The notes under the pieces were generated by a model, which ran no database searches, was not told the DNA's origin, and saw only the letters and a program-made list of their open reading frames with translations. Of a stretch of DNA of 64,000 nucleotides, positions 20,496 to 33,791 are shown piece by piece. The stretch lies in contig CDMY01000401.1 of the NCBI GenBank assembly GCA_001179505.1, forward strand, positions 1 through 64,000, given 5' to 3'. Source of the DNA: Vitrella brassicaformis CCMP3155 (lineage: Eukaryota > Protista > Chromerida). The position numbers and the translations under genes are program-made. Each line of letters begins with the position of its first letter. The first letter of the stretch is position 1.

Positions 20496-22277
20496 TCAAC
20501 CCACGCGCCACAGAGCCAGCTTCCTATCATAGAAGCTGCACGACGCATAATAGTGGGCGCCTGGGGCAGCCGACGGCACGCTGGCAATCCCGTAGGCCAT
20601 CGACCCGTGGCCAGTGTACTCGTGCAGCAGCTCATACTCACCTGCACACACACAACGACGGCCGCATGTGACTTGTCGCCATTTTCTCTCGGCCTACCGG
20701 TGGCGGTGGGTTGTGTTTGCCATATCTGGCATCCTCCGTGGCAGGCGGCCACCATCAACCGGTCGACGGAGGGCCCCTGGCCTGGAGAGCTCCTGCACAG
20801 CACACACAACGATGGATGGATGGACAGCGCTGAGCCATTGGTTTTGCCTGCCACCGGTCACCTCGCTCACCGTCTTAGTGTGCTGTCCCATTTGATGCGC
20901 CACACTCCGCCACTCGACTGCAGAACAGACGGATGAACCGACACGTGGGCTCGCCAATCTGTCCTGGTCTCTCTTGTCTCACCTTGAAGGAGCTGGTAGG
21001 GCTTCCAATGCTCCGAAGATCCCACACACGAACATGCTCGTCGTAACTGAACACACACACACACACACAGATGGTTATGTTGGTCCAGGTGGGTATCAAG
21101 CTGACCATCCAGAGAGCAGCGTGTGCTCATCGGTGTCGTGGAATGCGATTGCCGTGACGCCCATCGGATGCTCCCGCCTGTTGTGCGCCACGGGGGCGTC
21201 GAAGCCGACACGAGCGTCCCATATCTTCATAACACAGTCGTCTGCCCCAGTGGCGATGAGGCGGCACGCGCCATGCAGCTGGTCCGGTGCTGCAGGTGTG
21301 GGCTGCAGTGCGATGGTCCATGTTTCCAGGTCATGGGCGCACCTGCCCTGACGTTAACAACACCCACAATGACAGACACGCAGATGGGACAGACGGGATG
21401 ATGGTTGGAGTGGGGATGTGTACCATGTGGCGACCCTCCTCGGCTGCGTGAGGTCCTCCGACTGCACCAGACACGCCGTCCCATCAGACACACAATACCC
21501 AAACACACTGCAGCCATCCACACACACACAGCAACGTGCAGCCAGGCCCTCATCTGCCGTGCCTCTCTCGCTGACCAACCAAGGCGAGTCGTCCAGCAGC
21601 GCCACGGAGGTGCATATGGGCCCATCGCCACCGGGCGCACCACATGTGCTCTCGGCCGTCAGCTCGGGGCGTGCTGTGGGTGAGGCTAAGGTGAAGGGGC
21701 GGGGCGGTGGGAGAGGGCCGCCGGGAGGGATGGACGACAGGGTGACCGCAGAGCTGACACTCAGACCTTCCTCATCGCCCCATTCCTGTCAACCGAGGGA
21801 TCATCGATGAGCAATGTGTTGGCTGTCTTGGTTTTCTGCTTCTCCCTCTCTGCCTCTCTGTCTGTCTGTCTGTGGCTACCAGTGTGGCTCGAATGATGTG
21901 GACTGCGGCATCGGCTCCTGCGGCGACGAGCGTGACTGAGCCCTCAGAGGATAACACACAGAGGACATCCAGCACACCACAGGACAGGTCGACGAACGGC
22001 AGCGCACACAGACGACATCCATCCGACCTGCACACACAGACACAAGTCAGCAGCCAGTAGTGACTCAACTGTGGCTGTTCGTCCACCTGTGGTGGGCATT
22101 GACATACAGCAGGTGGATGCCGCCCATCCGGCGGCCGGGCGATGAGTCCTCAGGCTGCTTGACCAGCTCATAGCCGCCGCACGCCAGCAGCGTCAGATCT
22201 CCGTGGTGGTCTCGGCGGCCACGATGGACACTGCAGCTGTCCAGACAGTCAGCGTTGAAGAGCGTCTGAAACTCCAT
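20496..22277 (-). CDS. DPH7: Diphthine methyl ester hydrolase, WD40 (DPH7/RRT2/WDR85)
   Basis: NADCLDSC...LACGGYEL...RRMGGIHL; AHDLETW; ATGADDCVMKIWDAR; SYDEHVRVWDLR; GGVWRIKW; HGSMAYG...ASCSFYDRKLALW*. Confidence 0.88.
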
Positions 22278-22620
22278 CTTTCTATCACTCTCTTCCAGAG
22301 AGGATGCAGTCCGCTGAGTGCGAGCTTTCGAGCTCGCCGTTTCTCCGCTTGAGAAGCGAAGGCCTTGGCTGATCTGCCCGTCTACACGTGACGTGGATTG
22401 GTGGATCTGGTGCAGGGCGGACAATACTTCACCGAGTGCATGTGATGACGAACAACGACGACCGCGCTGAGCGCGTGCGGTTGAGGAGCGGAGCAGCAGA
22501 GTGCACTGGACACAGTGGCCAAGGTAGCCCTGTCAACCCATCAGCAGATCTGTTAGTGCTCAACCAACTTGTGTGTATCTTCCATCCATCCCGGCAGGCA
22601 CCTCCCTCCCTCCCTCTCTG

Positions 22621-24525
22621 ATGTCCGGCATGCAGTGCTACAAAACCAAAATCTGTCGATTCTTTGTGTAAGCAACACACACAGCACAGACACACGGGCC
22701 AGGGAGGAAACACACCCTGATTTGATTGATATGATCCGGGATCTCCTGCTTCATGACGATGTGTGGCTGTGCGGCTGTATGCAGCGAGAGCCGATGTCAG
22801 CGGGGGTCTGACTGCACATTTGCCCACTCCTTGGAGGAGCTCAGGGCCAAACCTGACCTCAGAAAGGTGCGACGTAGAGAGAGAAGGAACCCACGCACAC
22901 CGCACGCGAGAGATGGAAGTGGAGGATCGACGCGTGGGCACGTTGTGTGTGTGCGTGTGTGTGTGTGCGTGTGTGTGTGTGCGTGTGTGTGCGTGTGTGT
23001 GTGTGTGTGTGTGCGTGTGTGTGCAGACGAGGATTTGCAAGCGGTGGCTCAAGGGATGCTGCAGCGACACATACTGCGACTTCGCCCACGGTAGGTCGGT
23101 AGGTCAGACGGTCGGTGCACACCAGCATGACGGCTCGATACGATAGACACACACACCTTCTTGCGTCGTGTGGGTCGGTCAGGGACTGTGGAGTTGCGTC
23201 CGCCCGTATCGGTTTACAAGACGAGCTTGTGCTTCATGTGGCAGAAGGGCCGGTGCAGCTATGAGGCGGACGAGTGCCGGTACGCACACGGCATTCACGA
23301 GCTGCGGACACTTCCCCTTAAGTACGCCAACCTCACTTAAACCAGACAGGCATAGCACTCTCAGCACACACACACAATGCAACTTGTGAACGTCTCTCTG
23401 TGTAGGTTGAATGGCCAAGGCGGCGCAACTGGCGCTGCGGCAGAGTGCATCGACACCCCGGAGTGCCAGCCCTACACCCTTGTGGACCAGCCCGAGTGAC
23501 CATACCCAGCCACACACTTTGTCCCTCCCGCAAACAGACAGACACGAAATCCTCCCTCTGTGTGCGTGTCGGTGGATGTGTGTGTCAGGTGGTTGGCATC
23601 GGGCGACGACACCACTCCCATCTCGTCAACAGCGGAGAGCACACCAGCAGCCGCTCTAGCCAACGGGCAGAGCCACACGCCATCTGTGTCGAGCGTCGTC
23701 GACGACGGCCGCTGGGTGCCGCCCCCGCCGACCCTGCTGCCACCACCACCAACAATTCCACCCCCACCCCCGCCCGCGCCCAGCTGTCCACCGGCACAGG
23801 GGGACTATGGCGACTACTGGCAGGGGGCATATGAGACCAATCAGCAGCAGACCATGGACACGTAAGCAAGCCGCCAGGATACTCACCGACAGACAGACAT
23901 ACAGATGGTTCCATGTCGGTCGGCTGGTCGACTGTTCGTTCGTTAGGTGGTATCGGTACGCATCGGGTGTTGGCCAGTATGGAGGCTCCGTGCCGTCCTA
24001 CCCGACGCAACTCGATACCCAATACTCGTGAGTCGTCCGTCGACAGCCAGCCATCTGGCCAGACAGGCATGGGAGGGAGCATTAGGCTGTCACGTGGGTG
24101 TGTGTGTGCCGCCTGGCTGGCTGCAGTTCGTTTCCCTGTTACCCAATCTCGGGCGGCTTTGGCACTCATTGCGCCTGGCATGGCAACGGGTGGGTATGCT
24201 GGCGGGGCGGGCAGGCACACACACAGGAGACGCACTCATCAACACACCTGGTTATTTGGTTCGTTGACACATGCTGCCAACAGGTGCGAAATGGGCAGCT
24301 GCCCCTCATACTCATACGACGAGACCATGCAGGCCCAAAACCATCACCACCACAACCAGCACCAGGCAGGGTACGCAACGCCCTCCCAGCCCTCCACACA
24401 GACAGACAGACAGACAGACAGACAGATGGACCCATGTGTGTGCCTGCCTGCCTGCCTGCCTGTGTGTGCGTGTTGTGTTCGTTAGGTACACCGGCTACGT
24501 GGAAGACGGCCAGTGGAGCGAGTGA
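22621..24525 (+). CDS. Tandem CCCH zinc-finger RNA-binding protein (3 fingers) with Pro/Gln-rich tail
   Basis: After splicing: YKTKICRFFVESRCQRGSDCTFAH; KTRICKRWLKGCCSDTYCDFAH; YKTSLCFMWQKGRCSYEADECRYAH. Start codon uncertain. Confidence 0.88.
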
Positions 24526-25561
24526 GGATTTTGTGACGGGCCAGTGATTTAGTCAGCGAGAGATGGATGGACGAGAGGGACGTGTAGGCTGCAAACAGGG
24601 AGGGGCGAATGGCCGGGATAGTAGGTGACAGGGAGAGAGGGGAAGAGGGGAGGGATGTGTGTGTGTGTATACGCCATGCTGCGATGCCATAAATACAATA
24701 GGCTGTGTATGTGTGCCTTCTGGGTGTCTACTGACCTGACTGATTGACTCGGCGGCTTTTTTGGCGGCGAGCCGAAGGGACCATGCAATCGGATAGACAG
24801 CAGCTGGCTGTATGTAGCCGATGTGTCAATACATATCTATACTCTTCACGTCTGTCTGTACCTCTCTGTGTCTGTCTGGGTGTGCGGTATTATCTGTATC
24901 CATCCTGGCGCTTGTATAGGAGAGGGAGAGGGGGAGGGGGCAGGGCTGGCTGCTTTTCCTAGCTGTCGTTTGTGTGATGTGCGCTGCCTGCCGTTTTTGT
25001 GCGATGCGATGTGGCGTGGCTGTGTGTGGGTCGCTTTAAGCCAGAAAGAACCAACAGGTGTGTATGTGTGTATGTGTTGCGTGACTAGGTGGGTGGGTGG
25101 GTGGCAAGCTGGTTGTGGGGCCGATGGCCAATGATGCAACAACAACGCTGGTTTTAAGCGGTGTCGTGTGCGTGTGCGTGTGTGTCGACCGACACGCCCC
25201 CTCCCCTCCCTACCCCTCTCGCTTGACATACTTACACATTCTTGTGTGACCCTTTCCTTGATCAGTCCGTGTGTCCGCTTGAGGTCCTTCGTTCAACCGT
25301 GCGTCAGTCTTTTCTCATTATGGTGATCGATTTGCGCAGGCAAAAGAAAACAGCTCGGGGGAACAAATGGGATGGCAATGGGGACACTCACTCACTCACT
25401 CTCTCTCTCTCCCCCTCTCACTCAGCCCGTATAGATGCGGTGCTGCTCGGTGTTGTCATTGTCATCGCAGCCCGCCGTCGTGCACATCTGCCAGAACTCC
25501 CGTACACCTGCACACACACACACACGCACACATACACACACACACACGCGTGTTCACTCAT

Positions 25562-28500
25562 TCACTCACCCATGCCCTCATAAATCAGAGACGTACCTTC
25601 CACAATCCAGTTCCGATTCGTGTGTGCGCCGTTCCTCTCCATCTGTCTCGGCACGCTGCTGCTCTCTCCCGCCGTGCCTGCCGGCTGCATGCCCCAATAG
25701 CGCGGCATCGTCTCACCACCCGCCCTCGTCCGCGGCGTCAACACGGGTCGCACCTCACGGTGCACATTGGCATTGTTGGAAGCGGGTGTATGCCAGGGGT
25801 CGGTGGGCCACATCGGGGCATCAGACTGATACGCATAGCGCACCACACGGGGCGGGCGGGACGACGGCGCAGCGTAGTAGCGGACGTAGGAAGTGGTCTG
25901 AAAGGCCTGAGGGGGCGGATGGTACACTGTAGCGGCAAGAGGGGCGGGCGGAGGAGTGGGGGGCGGGTAGGGCGCCTGGAAGGTGGGCGGGAGAGACACG
26001 GGAGGCGACACAGCACCACCAACAGCACCAGCCACAGGGTGTGCGAATCGGGGAGTCGACGCATAGTGTGCTGCAGGGGCAGGGAGGGGAGTCATCGCCC
26101 GCGGCGGGGGGGACGGGGGCGGCAGGTTGTTGTTATTGTTGTTGTAGTTGTTGTTGTTGGAGGCACTGGCAGCTGGGCCGGCCGTGACCATCCTGACAAG
26201 AAGCGTCGATCGGGAAGGCGCCACGCTCGAGCCCTCGGGACGGTCACGAGCAGACCAACCACGCCTGACACAAGAGAGCCCGGCCGGCATTGGTCATTTT
26301 GCCACCTCCCTTCTGCCCTCATGTCTCTCTCCCCGTACCTACCTGGATTGCTGGTCCTCCTCGTGCAGCCTTGGTTGCTGGTCGGGAGGGCTACCAAACC
26401 CACGGCCCACCGGCCCGCCATTCCCATTCTGGCGCGGTGAGTCCTTGCCCCCTCTCGTGACCACGCGGATCTTGACGCCCAGCGATCCGTTCTCTCTGCG
26501 ATACACAGTGCCGTTGCCGATCGACCCTCGGGGAGAGTAGTCGCCTGCACCACGTCGGCCGGCGAGACACATGTATAAGAATATGAAGCCGTCCCTTTTC
26601 TTCGGTGAGTGAGTGAAGTTTGTGAGTTCCGTACTTCCTTCTTGGTTGAGGCTCCCGTGGTTGAAGCTGCCGTGGTTGACGCTCCTGCTGGCGGGGCTGA
26701 TGGATGTCTCTTCTCGGTTGACCTGCGGCGGGCTGTTCCGCTGGTACTGGTCTTGCACGAGCCGGAGGGCCATCGTCATGTCGCCCTCGGCGGCCCGGAC
26801 GGCACGCTGCACTATGATCGGGTCAAGGGTGGGGAAGGCTTGCAAGACCACACGGAAACACGCATTCTCAATCTCTGACAAATGAATGAACACCAGACAG
26901 TTCAGGTGAGTGTGCGTCTTGTGTCTCCTGTGTCTGTCTTATGCTGACCATCTTGCTCAAACTGCTCCCTCAGAGCTTCTGCGATGGGCATGGAGGTCTG
27001 TTCGGGGGCGGGTGGGCCAGCAATGGCCGGCAAGGGGCTGCGACGGCCGGTGTTCAGCAGCTGCTCGGGACGCCGTGCGCGACGACCAAGCCTGACCACC
27101 CACAGACAGACCAAGCGACATGTCTTTCTTTCTTTCTACGGCAGCGTACGTGCGTACCTCTCCTGCATCTGTCTGACGATCCCATGGGCCCCATCGCTGG
27201 TCTCGCGGATGCGCCTCATATAGACTTCAAAGTGCTCACCCGTCCACTCCCCGGCGAAGCTCTCCGCCTGGACCAACTTGCCAGCCTCGAGCAACTCCCA
27301 GCCCCCGGACACCCCCTCACGCCGCGGCTCCGTCAGCCCATCACCCCACTGCTCCTCGTCTGCCACTGCCGCCATCTCGCGTCTCCTCTCGGTGAAATCG
27401 TCTTCTTCGTATTCGTGGTCGTCTTCCTGACCCTCTGTGTCGGCCTCCCGGTCTCTGTCTCTGTCTTGAATAATCAAGGGGTCTCTCAACGGCGGGGGGG
27501 CTGATGGGGCAGAAGGGCCGTCCTCGCTGCTGTCGGTCATGAAGGCAGGATAGGCGTGAATGTCGGGCTGCCGCGGGATGTACTTGGGGATGCGCGGCAT
27601 CTCCCACGCCTCCTCCTTCGGCCGTGACACCTCTGGAGCGTTGTCATGGTATCCTGCAGCCGAGTCACCTGCCTCAGCGGCCGCTGCTGCTGCTGCTGCT
27701 GGGGACGGCAGGGGCAGGGCAGGGATGCGGGGCGAAGAGAGGCAGCTGAACGGGGGCGAGGGACATGGCCGCGGCTGGCGGGAAGGGCGGTAGATCTGCA
27801 CATCCAGGTCGGTGACGCGGGAGGACCCGTTGGGAATGCTCCTGGGCGGCGACCGCAGGTGGACCTCAACAGTTGGCATGGACGGCCCACGCTTGACTGT
27901 GTTGATCCCCTGTTCCTTGCACGCCACCTCCGTCTGGGTCTCCATTGCACAGAGAGGTGCGGCCTGATCGCCGACGGCAGCATCCGCAATGACAGGGCTG
28001 GCCTGGGTGTCCTTGTGGAAGGCTGGCGGCGGGGGGAGTGGGTCAGTGGTGCTGTGGCGGAGAGAGAAGACGCTCGCGCCGGTTTGCTGCGAGAAGGGTT
28101 CGGTCGACGGAACAGCAGCAACCTGAAAGCGATCAAAGTCATACAAGCGTCAATTTACCCGTGAATGTCCCTCCCTCTCTCTCTCTCAGTCCTGCTGGCT
28201 CACCTGTTTGGTGGCTGTCGCCACCAGGCCGCGTGTGTCGACGCCGCCCTCCCGCGTCTGCGCGTTGACGGTGGCCACGCCCGTCGCCCTCACGGCAGCC
28301 TTGTCGGTGTTGACTCCCCCCTCCATCACATGTGGCTGGACCTGCACACCGCTTGCCTTGCCGTGCGGGTTCGCCTGGGTTGCCACGCAGTGCCGATCGG
28401 GCCGTGCCTCTACCGACTTCTGACACATGTGCGGTTTCTGCTCCTTCTCCGTAACCACTGCCGTCTCTTTGGTATCGACGAGACTTTGCACTCCCTGGTG

Positions 28501-30692
28501 CACCAGCAGGGGCGCGGGGGCGGGGGGAGGGGGGGCCATTTCCACCGCAATCGACTTGGTCACTGGTCGCATCTCTGTTGCGATGGAGGTCATCTCGGGT
28601 GCGGCCATGGTTGTCCCATCTCTCATCGCAGTTGAGGCCTGGACGCCCCCCTCTTGCACGGTGCTGACGGCCATCACTCCCGCCTCGTGTGTGGGTGGAG
28701 GGGGCGGGGGCACTGCCTGGACGCTCTTCTCCTCCCCCCATGGCAGAGCGGTCGTGTCGGTCGATGTGGTCTTGAAACGGGGGGCTGCGATGGGGTCGGT
28801 TGCCGTGTCTTTCGTCTTGAGCAGGTGGGCCGTGTCGGTGGACTTGGCGCGTACAGACGGGCTGGCTTGGGTGGTGCTGCTGTGGAGGGACGCTTTGGCC
28901 GTGTTGGTGCCAATGGTGGACTGGAAGAGCCCTGTGTAAGTGTCGGTGGTCTTCTCGGCCAGGGAGACCAGGCCCGTTGTCATCGTGTCAACCGTCTGCT
29001 GCACCAGCCGCTCCGTCCCGACAGACTTCTCCCCCCTGCTGGTGGCCTCAGTGCTGACTGCGATCGAAGAGGTGTATCTGCTGTCCTGTGTGCCCATATC
29101 GGCCATCTGCTTGGTTGCCGAGACGCCCTGCTCCATAGTAGTGGGGGGCACCGGCAGGAGGTCGGCCATGATGGCCGTGCTGGTGATGTCCTTGCTGTCC
29201 GTCATGGTGCTCATCGACGCCAGCTGCTGGGGAAGCGTGTTGATGCCCGCCTCGCAGATTGGCACGTTGGTGCCGTCAGACGCGTCGCTGAGGGATGGCT
29301 TGTCCGTCGATGTGCCGTAAGACCGCACCTCCACGTCGGTCGAGACAAACACGGAGGCCTTGGCCACTTCCAGTGTCTCGGTGGTGGCGTGCTTGAGCGA
29401 CGGGCCGTCAGTCATTGTGCCCATCGGCATCGACAAGGGCAGCACGGGAGACACCCCTGCGTCGACTGTGTGGAGGATAGCGCGGTCACCCACGGCCGTG
29501 TCCTTCATCTCGGGGTGGTAAGTTCTCAGCATGAGGTCGTGATGCAGCTCCGTCACGGTGATGTCCGTGTTGCAATCCGCCTCAGAGCAATCCTTCGTGG
29601 CCGTGTTGACAGCAACTGTCGACGCGCCCACTTGGGTAAATGCGGCGGCATCAACCATAGCCACATACGCCCCAACGCCCCTCTCCTGGCTGGCCAGCGG
29701 CAGGGGCACCTCTCCACCACAGGAAATGTCGGTCAGCTGGGGGGCAGACTGCACGCACTGGTCGCTCATGGCAGCGGTTGATCGGGTCATGTCTTGCACG
29801 GGCAGGGCGGTGCTGCTGAAGGTCCTCAGGAAGCTGCTTGTGTAGCTCGTCTGCGAGGCCGCATTGGCCAGAGGAGCGCCCGCCTGCACGCCCGCCTCCT
29901 CGCGAACACCCACAGGGGCACCTTTGCTGCTGGGCGGTGGGGCGGCCGAGGGCTTGTCCTTCTTCCCCTCAGTGACCCCCCCGTCCCTCTGGCGCTTGTC
30001 TTGGGGCAGTGGGGGAGGCGGGGCTGCAGTGGGCTGGATGTCACGGATGACAATGGTGGGCTGGTTGGCGAGCACTGGGCGGGCTGGCGAGGAGCCATTG
30101 GCAGCAGAGAGGCCCGTGTCTTGGTAAGCCAGAGAGGGGCTCGGTCTGCCGGCAGAGGGCCCCGGCCCCTCGCCGCCTGCATCGACAGCCCTGCTTCCAC
30201 CAAAGGAGGACAGACACAAAGAGAGACGTGACATCAGATACGAATCTTCTTGAGACACCTGTACCTGTGTTCCGCCTCTTCGCATTCGGGATCCTGACCC
30301 TCCCTCGTGGCAAGCTCCCCCCTCACCGACATGGCCCGCGATGCGTACGAGACAAAGGCAGCGGCGTCCGATCGTGCCGGCGTGTGCCAGCCATGCGAGC
30401 CTCCCGTTCCGTCGTCACCCAAGCGAAAAAACGCCCTCCCCAAGTCCGACGACGTGGTCGCATCGCCTCGGGCTTCGGCCCTTCTGGGCGGTTCTGCCTG
30501 CGGTCCGCTGGCGACGGGCTCTTCCTCTTGCCGGATGCTCGTGGGACCTTGGTCGGCAGCTGCAGCAGCAGCAGCGGCAGCGGCATTGCCTGCCGTCTCG
30601 CGCTCGCCGTTGCCGTTGTTGCCATTGGCAGCATCTGCTGCGGCCTCTTCGCGGCTTCTGGAGCGGGAAGGGAGGAACGCAGCAGCCCACAT
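25562..30692 (-). CDS. Large low-complexity protein: Thr/Ser-rich short-motif array, CUE domain, Pro-rich C-terminus
   Basis: ORFs 30234-30692, 28186-30285, 27136-28146, 26339-26893 and 25562-26290. The KQ|VAAVP junction is in phase. CUE-like segment VLQAFPTLDPIIVQRAVRAAEGDMTMALRLV at ~26750-26870. 5' end uncertain. Confidence 0.7.
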
Positions 30693-31007
30693 GACGGTTC
30701 AAGGGACTTTGAATGTCTCTACTAGCTTTGCCGTCTTAGTGGAAGTTCAACGCGCATCGCCCTGACAACAGAAAGAAGGGAGACGGCAGATGCCACTTTC
30801 TAGTGTTCGTGGAGTCACAGCGGCTTACGTCGCGTGGATGTTTCGACGAAATTGTACCAGATACGGCCGACGAAGGTGAGATGAGGACCAGAATGGGCCT
30901 CGGAAGAGAAGGCCGCCGCGTCACGGTTCCCTCTCGTGACCCCCATCTCCGCCCCCAGGCTCGCAGTCTCGGCTGGCAGCTGCTCGCTGGGGGAAGAGGA
31001 ACAAACA

Positions 31008-33309
31008 ATGGACGGCATCAGCATGTGGGTGGGGACATGGTGAGCCAACAACCGCTGGAAACTCATGACCAGTGACATTCAAACTTTCACAATTGACTGT
31101 GTTGTGTTGGTGCATCATGATGTGTTGCTTGGTTGCTGCAGGAATGTGGGTGCCCGTGACGGCGAGTGGGAGGCGCCGCCAGTCGAGGGGCAGTACGAAC
31201 TCGCTGACTTCATCGGTCCGTAGCCTCCCATCTCTCATATGAGGAGCCCTGCTTATGTCTGCCTTGTGTGTTTGTATGTTCGTGTGTCGTCCCTCCTCCC
31301 TCTCATCTCTCACCCCTCACCTCTTACTGCCTCCCTGTCCGCTTCCTTCCCCTTCCTGTCTGTCTGTGTGGTCTGTGTGCAGATGCGTCATGCGACATCC
31401 TGCTGCTCACTCTCCAGGAGCACATGAGTGAGCATGTAAGGTCAGCCAGCAGACAGACATACAGACAGTTCAATTATTGTTTTCTGCTCGTTCGTGTGCA
31501 GCGAATTTCATCTACGCGTTGGTGTCGGGGTTGCTGGAGCTCATCACGCCCAGCAAGTTCAGCCGCCTCGAGCTGCCACAGAGCCAAGTGGGCGGACTCG
31601 GTGAGGACGGAGAAAGAGAGAGAAAGACACGCGCAATCCAATCCATCGGCCTGTATGTATGTATGTTTGTTGGGTGTCGTCCATCCATTGGTGTGGTGCA
31701 GGGGATGGCGCCTTCCTGCAGCCCAAGTACACGAGCATCGCTTGCTGGGTTAGGAGGGATCTGCTCGCACGGGGCGTCATTCAGCTCCTCAGAACAGCCA
31801 TAGTGCCACTAGGTAGACAACCCTTGGCCACCATGCACAAGACGAACCAGTCAGTCCCCCGTGACGTCTGTGTGTCTCTCCCCGTGTTGGACAGGAATGG
31901 CATTCGGTTCTAAGGGTGCGGCAGGTGTTGCGTTGAGGGTAGGACGTGCCCGTGTGGCCTTCATCGGCTGCCACCTGCCGGCCTCGTCCAACCAGGCCCG
32001 CAAGGAGGCCCTCGATTTCATCCTGCGGCGGTCTGGGTGGCTGCTGGAGGGACACAGCGAGCCCATCGGCACCGGCGCCGCACATGTTGGTCAGACACAT
32101 GACTGGATGGATGGAGGATGGGTGAACACCAACGCATGGTGGTGTGACGGTTGTTGTGTTCAGTGCTCGCTGGCGACCTCAATTTCCGGCTGCGGCCGGA
32201 TTTGCAGCCACCACAGGCTGGCAAGTGACGTCACAATACCTGACAAGCGACTGACGTGGTGACTTGGGTGGGTGTGCGCTATGCTATGTCCGCAGTTGCT
32301 TTGTTGAAGGACGGCCATGCGTCTTCTCTGCTTGCGTGGGATGAGGGGAAGGATGAGATGAGGCGGGGAGGACTTCTCGTGGTGAGCAGGCTTTGCCGTC
32401 TTGAGATTAGTGGTGATTGGATTGTTCTCGCGTGTACGCTCATACTAGGGCTATGAGGAGGCTTCGATGGGGCCTGACTTCTTCCCGACGTACAAGAAGA
32501 AAGAGAGTGAGACGCACAGACGCATAGACACACACAGGCAGCCAGGCAAACAGATGGGCAGAGAGGGATGACCTCCGACGTGTGTGCCACTCATTCATTT
32601 GGCTCAGATCGCCGCCCCTTCGACATGAGGCGGCCAGACTGGATGGCAGCGGTAGGCTGAACCCACTTACGACACGACCAGACAGCCACATGAATTCCAC
32701 CAGAGGGCTGCATGCCTGCCTGCCTGCCTGCCTGTATGTCTGGTCTGCAGGAGTATACGGTGGTTCACACGCTGCAGTGGTACAAGGGTGGGGGCAAGGA
32801 GTGGCGCCTACCCGCCTTCTGCGACAGGGTCCTCTTCAAACAGGCCCCCAGGGTCCGTATGTCCATCAGCCACTTGCCGAAGCCGTACCTGCATTCGTTC
32901 CTGGCTGGGTGTGGCCTGTGTGTCTGTCCTTCTCTCTCTGCAGTCTGGTTCGCAGTTGGGTGCCGTCGCGTCCTCCTACCGGGCCATCTACACCACACCC
33001 CCCAAACCCACACACAGTCGGTCGCCACACACACGCCACCACAGGGGCACACACACGGGGGGGGTGGCTGGCTGCTGATCAGGGCTGCTCAACATGAGCG
33101 ACCACTCGGCGGTGTGCTGCTCGCTGGCGCTGCGCAACCAGAACGCCCCACACAGGTCAACGTCCATTCAGTGCCTGTCGTCCCCCGCCCTGCCGGCGCC
33201 TTCGCCGCCCGCCAGCGAGACATTCTGGCCGTCACTCGCCGCGTTGGGGCTCCGAATGCCGTTCGAACAGACAGGTCCGTTGACAAACGACCTACACAGG
33301 TGGATCTGA
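31008..33309 (+). CDS. Inositol polyphosphate 5-phosphatase (IPPc domain)
   Basis: GTWNV, LLLTLQE, GSKGAAG, FIGCHLPA, AGDLNFR, FFPTYKK, PAFCDRVLFK, SDHSAV in canonical order. 3' end uncertain (33309 or ~33464). Confidence 0.9.
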
Positions 33310-33791
33310 GTGGACGCATGTGGTCCATGCGTGTGTGTGTGCCATGCGCAGTGCCTTCGGCCCCTGCGCTGCCTCCCCTGCCCTCATCAATGTCCCCTGC
33401 AGGTGGTGGTGGTGGTGTGTGGGTCGGCAGTTCCAGCCCTCCGGGGTCGCACGAGGACAGCTAGGGGGGCTGGATGGATGGATGGATGGGAGGACATTGT
33501 GTGAGGGCTGCACTGGACTGCACTGCACTCCACGTGTGCGTGGCGTGGCTGACTTCCTTATGTGTGCGTCTTATGTGCACACCCTGGAGCCCAAGGGATA
33601 GTTGGGCCATACGACCGATTGTGTCTCCATCGCCATCTACACGTACTTCACATTCTGACGTCTCTGTTATGTCCCTTCCTGGATGACACTTGCGCATCAT
33701 GATGTATGAGCAACGAAAAAGGAACGGCCTGACGGATTGAGTGGTCCTTACATCTCGTTCCTCCCCCACTCTCAACCATACAAGCATCGAA

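Noticed and set aside
22859-23146. ORFs rich in VCVCVC or THTHTH as metal-binding proteins
   Set aside because: These are translations of (TG)n/(CA)n intron microsatellites bounded by GT...AG.
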